Source: Basidiobolus meristosporus CBS 931.73 (Eukaryota > Fungi > Basidiobolomycota). From it: 56,974 nt of DNA. Location of the stretch: contig MCFE01000570.1 of NCBI GenBank assembly GCA_002104905.1, positions 1 to 56,974 of the forward strand, read 5' to 3'. Position numbers and translations under genes: made by a program. This document shows, piece after piece, positions 48,004 through 56,974 of the stretch (positions are counted from its first letter, which is position 1; each line of letters begins with the position of its first letter). The notes under the pieces were generated by a model, which saw only the letters and a program-made list of their open reading frames with translations, did no database searches and had not been told where the DNA came from.

Positions 48004-51000
48004 GTTAGGGGTCTAAATTCTTTTATTGAATCTGATCAAGTATAGTAATACTATTTCAACTTGATTCAAGTTGAAAAGTGCATATTGTACAAAGAAGATA
48101 TATCTATAGTAATGTGAAGGTAAAATACTGCTCAAGTTGAGTTGAGTTCTGAAAAGAAATTTGTCAACAAATCAGGCTAGAAAATGAAGTAAAGCTGGGA
48201 GTTATTTGAAAGCAAAGCACTAAGGAAAAGTGTAGAGCTATACTACCACTTCCTGAAAGGCAGGGATCTCACAGGAAGGCAGAAGCTCAGGTCTAATTGC
48301 AGATATGATAGCAGAAAGTCTCTGGATGAGCTCCCTTTGTTTGTGAAATTGGAACAAAGATTGGGTATCTTTGAACCCAAAGCAGCTCTATACATGAGAG
48401 AAGTAAAAATACCTGCTCCAGTAGGGGCACTTAGAATCCAAGCAAAGTGTGTTCATTCTCCACCTTATGGCCTGGAAGGCAAAGAAGGAACTCCTGATGT
48501 AAAGGGATATGTCTGCTCCACTATGGGAATGTCTACTCTCATGAGAAATAAGTCCAACTCTGTCTTTTGAGCTAGTAACTCTGGAGATATTCTCCAGCTT
48601 CCTTTTATGCATTGCTACAGAGAGAGGAATATGCTCTCTAGGTGGCTTGGCACTGTTGGAGGCCAGATAATCTCTATAACCATCAGGAAAGTGTATCTTC
48701 TTTCTCACCAATAACTTTGGGGTGGCTTGGACTAAGTTGTTAGTAATCTTATTGACTAAGATCTTCAAAGGATTATTGGGTGATGCTTTTGCATAGTGCT
48801 GCCCAAATCTGATACCTAAAGTCTCAAATCTGATTGGCACAGCCTCAATACCAGTCAGACTATGTATAAGCCTCTGATATTGCCTAGAATGGTAGTCAGA
48901 AGCATTGACTACCCAGCCAATAGCTTCTTGCTGCAGAGCTTGTAGCTTGGTAATGAGGTTAGGATCAGCAGCCAAACACATCATAGGAGCAGCATACTCC
49001 CAAGATGACCTCACAAAGGCCTTGAATAGCTGTAGCCTAATCAGAGGATGCCATCTGGCCCCTTTGAGCTGTAGGAATCTCAAAGTAGCAGAAGCCTTTT
49101 GAATACACTTTTCAGTGTAAGCTGCCCAAGAAATACCACTTTGACAAGTTGGGAGTCCAAGGTAGCTGTAAGAGGAAGGTTGAGGAAGAAGGGAGTTATT
49201 GAAGGAAATATTCCACTCTGGTGTGGGACCAATGTATGCTGATTTAGCAGTGTTTACCTCCATACCATTGGCAGTACACCATTGGCTGACTTTACTCAGC
49301 AAACAATTAGCTTCTGAGAGACTCCTAGGCAGCAATTGGATGTCATCAGCAAATAACAGTGCAGAGGGCACAGCAGCTCCTGAGTCATTGACGCAGAGAC
49401 TTTGAGCCAGGTCATCAATGTAGACATTGAACAGGATTGGTGAACGCAAAGATCCCTGGAATAGCCCCCTGAGCCTGGGAAATGGAGATGATATCACACC
49501 ATTAACACTAATGGTGGAATAGCAGGCTGAGAAGAGTGAGTGTACAATCCTAAGAAGCTGACTGGATACATTCTGGTTCTTTAGCTTCTTCAGGAGTATT
49601 GGGATCACTACCCTATCATATGCTTGCTTCAGGTCAATAAAGATTCTGTGTTTTCTTTCTTCATGACCTGATAGGTAAAAAGCATCATGAGATACAACTG
49701 AATGTGTTACAGTAGAGTAGCCACCCCTGAAGCCAGCTTGTGCAGGATGAAACTGGGCCAAGGGGGAGTCCTTCAAGTGGTTGAGGAGGCAGGCCTCAAA
49801 TATTCTTCTAAGCATTGGTGTCAAGGCAATAGGCCTGAAGTTGTCAATGGTTGAGGAAGTGGACTTCTTTTGCAAAGGGTGAATGTGAGAGAGATTCCAC
49901 TATGAAGGGGTAAACCCTAGCCTGAGGCAATGATGAAAGAAAATCTTCAAATCATCTATGAAAGCTGCATTTCTAGCCAAAACCTTGAGAATGCATATAT
50001 GAAGAGGGTCCAGACCAGCAGACTTGGAAGAGGGATACTTGCTGATTGCAAGAAGAAGAGACTTGGCAGTGAACCATTGACTATCAGAGAGGGTGTCTTG
50101 CATGAAAGTCCCAAATGCTGGAACCCAGCCATCTTTAAGGCAATGAGCAGGTGGGTATGCAAATACTTCTTGAAAGTACTTGTATGCATCATCCACAGCA
50201 GAGATACCAGGATCTCTTGAACTGATTATTACTTCTGCCTGAGTTACCCTTTGAGCTTGCTTGAATATCACAGCAGCCTGCTGGGCAGCTGAGGCAGAGT
50301 GAAGTCTCCAAAGGGGGTCACTTCTCCTAGGACCAGATTTGGCAGCATGAACTGAGTAAGTTCCCAGGTACTCCTCACATATGACCAATACCAGGGAGTG
50401 GAAAGCAGTATAGGCAGCATCAATAGCAGCAGAGATGGTTCCTATAGGAGAACAGGATGTAAGCTCTTCTAGATGTCTCCAGGCAGTTTGCAGTATAGGA
50501 GACTCCAAAGAGTAATGGCTGCTAATGAGTGATTGAACCATAGGCTTCTCTAGTGGCTGAAGATGCAGCTTGATTGAGTCAGAAGAAGAGAAATTCTGGG
50601 TGTTAGAGGAAGAGTAGGCCATTGACACCACAGCAGCCATAAATATATGGTCAGACTGGCCACACATAACATCAGACTGGAAGTACCAATGAGCCATTGT
50701 GTTGTATCTGACAAAAGCATGATCAGGAGTGCTTCCAGTGGGATGGGGGGAAGGTGCTCCATACCAAGTCTTAGAAGTAGACTCTCAAATAAGTCTATTC
50801 TACTCCTTGGTCCAACCTTCTTGGAGCCAAAGAGTCTACCAAAGTGAGTGTTGATATTGCCAAAGAGCAGAGTGGGAGGCTGAGTGGGCAGGAATGAGGC
50901 AATATCCTGACAGGACATTGAGGGAGGGAAGTAGACAGTCATTAGGCTGACTGACATCAGAGTTACACATATTGTATATTCAGTGCAGGAGACCATGGAT

Positions 51001-52125
51001 ATCTTTGGCCTCAGATGTGGTGATACTAGACAGATCAGTCCAGCCTTCTCATGACCAGTTATGATTGGGTTAGGGACAATCCTGTTAGGGCCAATCCTTT
51101 TGGAGGTGGCTAGGAAGTATGAGTGTGATGAGTGCAGAGCTTGATCAACAAACCAAGTTTCAGCCAGGAAAATTATATCATATCTATTATCTTTGATTAG
51201 GTCAGTGACACCAGACCACTTGTGAAAGCTTAATCCTTGGCAATTCCAGTAGCCAATCTTCAGGGGCTGGGTAGATGTCATCATTGATGAGTAGTGGGAG
51301 CTGACTGAGACTGATGCTGATCATCAGCTACTGAGATAGGGCCAGGTAAGGGATCAGGCTCATGTTCATGATCTAAACTAATCATGATCTCATCAGGATT
51401 TGCTGAGGTGGTAATGGTTGATTCATTGGTGATAATTGGGAAGCCAGTCTCCTTAGCCAAATCAGTCAGGTAAGACTTCTATGTGTCTCTGTTTGACATG
51501 TTGTAAGACTGCTGCAGTCTTCTTGCATATGCAGCCTTCACTTGCTCAGCCACAATGGGAGTGGCTTCAGGGTCCAAGGGCTTGGAAGGATCTACCTTGC
51601 CAAGTAGTTTGAGAAAGGGGTATTTCTTCACTTTAGCAATGAATGAGTAAGCATACTCAGCAGAGAGAGTGAACTCTAAACTATTTCTTCCTATGAAGTT
51701 GATACTCCATATCCTGGATAGTTGAAATCTGAATTCAAAGAGGATAGATTTCACCTGCCTTATTGGTTGATGCCTAATACCTTGAAGGTACATCCTACAG
51801 ACTTTGTGGCTGACCTCTGCCTTTGTGCTGGTAAAGGGAGGCTTTGCACCAACACAAAGTCTCATAGCAGCAGTCAGTCTGTTGATTTCTTTTTTGGAGC
51901 CAGTCTTGGCATTTTTCTTTGCTATTTCAGCAAAGGTAGGTCTTCTGTATGGCTGAGTTGCTGGTTGGGGAAGTGACTCTGCTTTGTATGGGTTACTCTG
52001 GGTGGTTTGGACTGGGTTTGTACTGGTGCCACTGTGAGGAGGAGCTACATTGCTCCCAGATTGCCTGGTCAAAGGAGACTCCATTGGTGCTACTGTAGGC
52101 TTTCCTGAATCATGAAGGATGTCAC
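48004..52125 (-). mobile_element. Element C: LINE with ORF1 and APE-RT ORF2, 5'-truncated within ORF1 and degenerate
   Basis: ORF1 51281-52125, open up to the junction, premature TAG 51479. APE KIGYWNCQGL, DIIFLAETW, GNINTH, DHAF, SDHI. RT NFRPIAL, QAGFR, FIDLKQAYDRV, GLFQGS..SPILFNVYIDDL, LFADD, YSYLGL. Frameshift about 50745, stops 49900 and 48388. 3' end ...AATAAAAGAATTTAGACCCCTAAC. Confidence 0.92.
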
Positions 52126-52190
52126 TTAGGGGGGGGGGAGACAGTCACCAACAGGTGAAATCTTTATTTCAGTTGAAACAAAGAAGCCAG
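52126..52190 (-). other. Conserved 3'-terminal double-hairpin cis element, copy in B
   Basis: tcacc 52145-52149 / ggtga 52154-52158; tctttatttc 52161-52170 / gaaacaaaga 52175-52184 (G-U wobble in the minus-strand RNA). Confidence 0.8.
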
Positions 52191-54242
52191 CACTACTGTT
52201 GTAGCTTTGATACAAGAGTGTGTAGCTGAGGGGAATTTGTAGGTAAGTTAATAAGAAGTGATGATAGTTCTTCAGTGCTCAAGACACTGTTCAGTGGGAA
52301 GGGGGGTAGCAAGAGAGGTAAGAATGACTTGTGAACAACATTAATGAGGGGAATGTGATAAGGATTGATGTTCATCATAAAGGGAGTGTGCTGCTGCAGA
52401 TATTGCTGCCAAAAGTCTGTCAAGTACTTCAGGTAGGCCAGCTTGGGTTTTTCTGACTGCAGAATGTAGTGAGCAAACTTCTTGACTTCAGGATCTCCAA
52501 GTATAGTTCTCCAGCAGGAGCCAGGTGTTGTGTGGTGTGTTCTCTTCCAGGCCTTAATCAGTGGGTTGTTGCAGTTGTGAAGTCTGAGATATAATCTGGT
52601 TCTAAGGTAGAGAAGTCTGATCTTATAGGGCATAAACCCAAAAGCACCAAGAATAGCATGTCTGTAGGTGCATTCAGGCAAATGAGGCACCAAGGAGGTA
52701 ATGCACCATACTGCAAACTTGTCAAGCTTAGTGCAGTCTCTAGAAGTAAGAGAGAGAAGTGGTAAGCCAAATTCCAGGACAGGGAAGACAAACTGCTTGA
52801 GTAGAAGGAGGCAGCTGGGAGCTGAAGTTGTAGGAGGAGTAACAGCCAGTAGCTTGTGGAGTGCCTGTCTTGCTAGGATGATTCTCTTCTTCAGGTGTGC
52901 TCCAGAGTCTAGTCCAGTAGGAAGGAAAGGAAAGCCAAGATATGTAGCAGAAACCTGAGCAGGTAGAGTGAAGTTCTCCAAGTTGATGGGAGAGCCCAAA
53001 GGTACTGTCTTTGCAATGGAAAGCTGGAGATTATTCTTCTGCAGATACTGGTGGATGGTCTGGGAGTCTTGTTGCACATTGGAGGAGGATATTCTGATGT
53101 CATCAGCAAAGAGAGTAACCAGGCAGTCAGCTGAGAGTCTTGGGAAATAATTCAGGAAGATGGCAAACAGTATAGGACCAAGCACAGAGCCTTGAACCAC
53201 TCCATTAGGAACTGAGAACACTGGTGATTGCTCACTTGGGTGCAGAATTCTTGCTTGTGGATCCAGAAACAGAGACCTGACAAGGAGGGTGAGAGAGGTA
53301 CTGGAGAAGCATTGCAACTTGGACCAAAGCAGATTTCTGTCAACTGAATCAAAGGCCTTAGTAATATCAAACAGAACAGAGGGATACTTGCACTGGAGAG
53401 AGTGATCTTGGCTAAGTATGACTGCATATTCCAAGGAGAGGCCAGGACAAAGCCAAACTGTGCAGGATGAAACTTGAGGGAGTCAGAGTAGAGCTCCTGA
53501 GCAAGCAGAAGCTCAAACACCTTTCTGCAGGTGGGCAGCAGAGATATTGGCCTGTAGGAGCTAGGATCCAGGTGCTTTCCTTTACCCTTGTACAGTGGCA
53601 GAACATTTGCAAAGGACCATTCCTCAGGAGTAGAAAGCTGGGCTGAGCATTGCTGAAACAGTGGAAGCAGAAGTGCAGACATGGCCTTGGTACTAGTCTT
53701 CAGAAGCTCATAGGAGATTGTGTCCACACCTGGAGCAGTAGAGTTGGGAAGCCTCTTGAGCACATTATGAATTCTCCTTTGATCAAGTGCAAGTGGGATG
53801 GGCAGAGTCTTGAAGTCAGGATGAAAGCCAGGAGTTGAGTACTGCTTTGTAGAGAAGAAGATGTTAGCCAGCTGTTCTGTTGAAGGTAACTTCCTGGAAG
53901 AGGGCCTCATTGCCCTGTAGAGTCTTGATACTGTTCTTGTTATAGAGTTGGAAGATTGCAGAGGCAAGGAACTCATAATATGATCCCAGAGCTGAGTATG
54001 CAGAGTGTGGTGAATTGCCTTGGAGTGGTGTATTGCTGTCAGGAGGAGTTTCTCTGTTTTTGGGTTAGGGAAGCTCAGGTAGCTTTGTTGCAGGGCTGAA
54101 ACAATGGATTCCCATTTTCTTGAGGTAACAGCAGTAGTCTTGCATGGCAGTGAGAGGGAGGCAGACACCAGAATCAGATGCTTCATAAAGAGCCAGGCAA
54201 AGTTGAGATCATCTGGCAGGGAAAGTAGCAAACTGGCAAGGG
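52126..54242 (-). mobile_element. Element B: 5'-truncated LINE ORF2 (RT), relative of element A, one frameshift
   Basis: TAPGVDTI, YKGKG..DPSSYRPISLL, QFGF, LFDITKAFDSVDR, GVVQGSVLGPILF, LFADD, YLGFPF. Frameshift about 53430. Stop 52193, then the conserved 3' motif and a poly-C plus TAA end. Confidence 0.92.
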
Positions 54243-54320
54243 TTAGGGGAGGGAAAGTCACCAAGTTGGTGAAATCTTTATTTGGGTTAAGAACTAATCT
54301 AAGTACAAATAAAGAAGCCA
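54243..54320 (-). other. Conserved 3'-terminal double-hairpin cis element, copy in A
   Basis: tcacc 54258-54262 / ggtga 54268-54272; tctttatttg 54275-54284 / caaataaaga 54306-54315. Confidence 0.8.
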
Positions 54321-56974
54321 ATTAAGAGGTCTAGAACCTCTCTAATAAGTAATCTAATCTATGTTTTGTTTCATCTCTAATGTTTGTTTCAATAAAGTAA
54401 AGCTCATCAGGGGTAAATATAAAATTCAGGGGTTTTGGGGGAAGTACAAATTGTAGATGTTTCTGATCAATATAATCCAAGACTGGAACCCAGCCTGGGA
54501 TTAGGTGTAGTAGGAAAGGTGTGTGGACTTGTAAGTAGCTCTGCCACATAGATCTTAGATGGTCCTGAGCCAGTAGTCTTGGTTTCTCAGCTTTTTGAAG
54601 TTTTGAAGCAAGCTCTGTTACTACAGCAGAGCCAACCAGGGTGTGCCAGCAAGAAGATTTCAGGGAGGAGTTAGATTGAAGCCATAGTTTGATGGAGGGG
54701 TTATGTGATTTCTGAAGTTTGACTAGGAAGGAAGCCCGGAGATAGATCATTCGGATTTGGTATGGGTAGAACCCAAAGGCTCCATTAGTTGCATGGATAT
54801 AGGGAGATACTGGAAGATAAGGTACCAAGGATCTGATACACTGATGGAGAAATTTATCCAGGCGGTGAAGTTCTCTGGAGGTTAGGGGTATAATGTGGAG
54901 ACCAAATTCAAGTACTGGCAGCACATACTGCTTCAGAAGTATAGGGATCTTTTGAATTGGAGTGTCTGGAGTGACTACTACCAGAAGCTTTTTGAGAGCC
55001 TGTTGGGCAAGACGGATCCTATTATTCAGGTGGAGCTTTGAGTCAATCCCATGTTGACAAAACGGCAGACCTAGATATATTGCAGTTTGTTGTGGCAGAA
55101 TGCTAGTGTTCTGTATAGTTGTAGTGCATCCAATTGGGACTGTCTTGGAAATTGAGAGTGAGAGGTTGTTGGCAGCCAAGTACTTCTCAATGATGGCAGT
55201 GTCTGCTATGGGATTAGGAGTAGCAATCTTGATATCATCCGCATAGAGAGTTAGTAGTGGATAGGGAGAGTCTGGTGAGGGGCCTTTTGGAAATAAAGGA
55301 AAGTCATGTAGGAATATCACAAATAGTAAGGGACCTAGTACAGATCCTTGGACTACTCCATTTGGAACCTCATAAGTCTCTGATGTGCAACTTGGATGCA
55401 AAATTTTGGCTGAGTTCTCACAAAATAGAGAACGTACAAGAAGGGTCATTGGTAGTGTGGTAACTGCTAATAGCTTTCTCCAAAGCAGAGCTCTGTCCAC
55501 AGAGTCAAAGGCTTTAGTAATGTCAAACAGAATGGTTGGCAATGAGAATTGAAGTGAATGATCATGGCTTAGCACTACAGCCATATCCAAGGAGAGTTTG
55601 GGCAAGAAGCCAAACTGAGAAGGATGGAATGGATATAGTTGAGATTGCAAGGATCTTGCTATCATAAGCTCAAAGATTTTCCGGCAGGTTGGTAGGAGTG
55701 AAACTGGCCGGTAAGAACCTGGGAGTGAGTGTTTCCCCTTCCCTTTGTATAAGGGTATTACATTTGCCTGTGACCAGGCCTTTGGGGTAGTCAATTGTTG
55801 GGCACAGATAGAGTAGAATGGGAGAAGTAAGTGACTCATTTTGGAGTAGCACACCCGGAGTAGATTGTAGGTAATCAAGTCATGTCCAGGTGCAGTATTT
55901 GCAGGAAGCTTCTTTAAAATTTTCTCCAGAAGCTTTGCTGAAACCACAATTGGAGATGTTGGACTGGTGGATATGTTACCAGTATGGTAGAAAGGAGGAG
56001 TGGGATGCATGGTTGAATCAAAGAATATAGGGGCCAGTTTGTCTGGTGATGGTATACTCCTTGCTTGGGGTCTCATGGCTTTGTATACTCTTGATATGGA
56101 CCTTGTGGTGGCATTCATATTTACTAAGGGCAAGGTATCCATGATATGAGCCCATAATCTAGTATGCTCAGTGATCTGTAGTGACTTGGAGTAGGAGATT
56201 GCGCTTTCCAGGAGGTTCTGTGTTTTTGGGTTAGGGAAACATAGGTAGCTGGAATTTAAGGCAGAAATGATGGATTTCCATTTAAGTTGGTTTGCAGATG
56301 GCTTTTGGTAGGACTTGGTGGGCAGGGCCAGACAGCCAGTGATTATGATGAAATGCTGGTAAAATAGCCATAATGCATTTATATCATCACAAATCCATGC
56401 AGGTAAGCTGGGAAATGCATATTCTGTAAGCAAGGATAGGTAGTTGGCAAAGTCCTGTGTCTGTGATACTGAAGCTTTGGCTGGCAGGATTGTAAACGGC
56501 TGAAGAAGGGTGCCAATTGGTAGGGTTTTTCTGGCAGAAATGATAATATGTATTGGCTTGTGATCAGATTTCTCTAGTGAACCACAGCTGATATCCTCTG
56601 GAATGCTTGTAACCTGGTGGATGTACTGTAAGGCAGCTGGAGTAGCTGTTACCCAGTCAACACAACGTTGAGCTTGCTGAGTGTTTACAGTGACCAGATG
56701 ATTTTGTCGGAGGAACTTTTTAAAGTGCTCCTCTCGGGTTCTAAGTCTGGATGAAATAGTGGTGATATTTTCAGGGTGGGGGATATTTATATCTCCCACT
56801 ACCATACAAGGGATTGATGAGCTGTTGATGAATTCTGATGTGGCCAAGAAAATTGCCAGTGTTATGGAGTTAGACAGAGATGGAGGGAGATAGATAATAA
56901 TGGCTACTATAGTTGGAAGTGTTAGAGCATAGCAGTAATACTCATAGATGATGGATACATTTGCTGAGGGTGCA
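54243..56974 (-). mobile_element. Element A: LINE APE-RT ORF2, uninterrupted and running off the window edge
   Basis: Frame is open from 54331 to the window end. APE IIIYLPPS, VVGDIN, VDWV, SDHKPI; RT SYRPVSLL, FDITKAFDSVDR, GVVQGSVLGPLLF, LYADD, YLGLPF. 87-nt 3' UTR with the conserved motif. Confidence 0.93.

Noticed and set aside
51340-51396. CTGATGA followed by a hairpin on the minus strand between C ORF1 and ORF2 (possible hammerhead)
   Set aside because: No GAAA follows stem II, and the region reads as the in-frame continuation of ORF1 (PDEIMISLDH).
51067-56236. Internal GGGTTAGGG at 51067, 54062 and 56228 as telomere seeds
   Set aside because: They lie inside open reading frames encoding Pro-Asn-Pro (conserved FPNPKT in A and B) with no junction at those sites. 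They may still be potential targets.
48004-56974. Penelope/Athena/Coprina-type or DIRS classification of the stacked elements
   Set aside because: APE endonuclease motifs and LINE-type RT motifs (QGSVLGP, ADD) are present; there is no GIY-YIG or tyrosine recombinase.
1-56974. CRISPR arrays, rRNA or tRNA genes
   Set aside because: No regularly spaced repeats with unique spacers, and no rRNA or cloverleaf signatures were seen by eye; tRNAscan-SE was not run.

Overview
Eukaryotic, fungal-type genomic DNA with compact genes and roughly 55-80 bp GT-AG introns. An early-diverging fungus such as Basidiobolus (Zoopagomycota) is my inference, not something proven here. From 1 to about 42.2 kb it is a gene-dense housekeeping block: Src1/Heh1 LEM protein, PHAF1, RhoGAP, eIF4G, NoxR, a pseudogenised TRAPPC11, MED14, FOL1, a BTB protein, a Meu6-like PH protein, ERG24, HEM15 and L2HGDH. 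It ends in two intronless accessory genes, a GDXG hydrolase and a secreted Streptomyces-subtilisin-inhibitor (SSI) family protein of probable actinobacterial origin. From about 43.5 kb it is all retroelement. Copia LTR relics and a decayed half-tRNA-primed copia are cut off inside RT. They are followed by a strictly head-to-tail, same-orientation stack of four non-LTR elements (D, C, B, A), all ending in sense-strand CCCCTAA; two junctions read AGGGTTAGGG. Three of the four share a covarying double-hairpin 3' end, and one of them (D) encodes only an ORF1-like protein. Best hypothesis: a telomere-type retrotransposon array analogous to HeT-A/TART, with a gag-only partner. Nested insertion at a TTAGG target is the alternative that this window cannot exclude.
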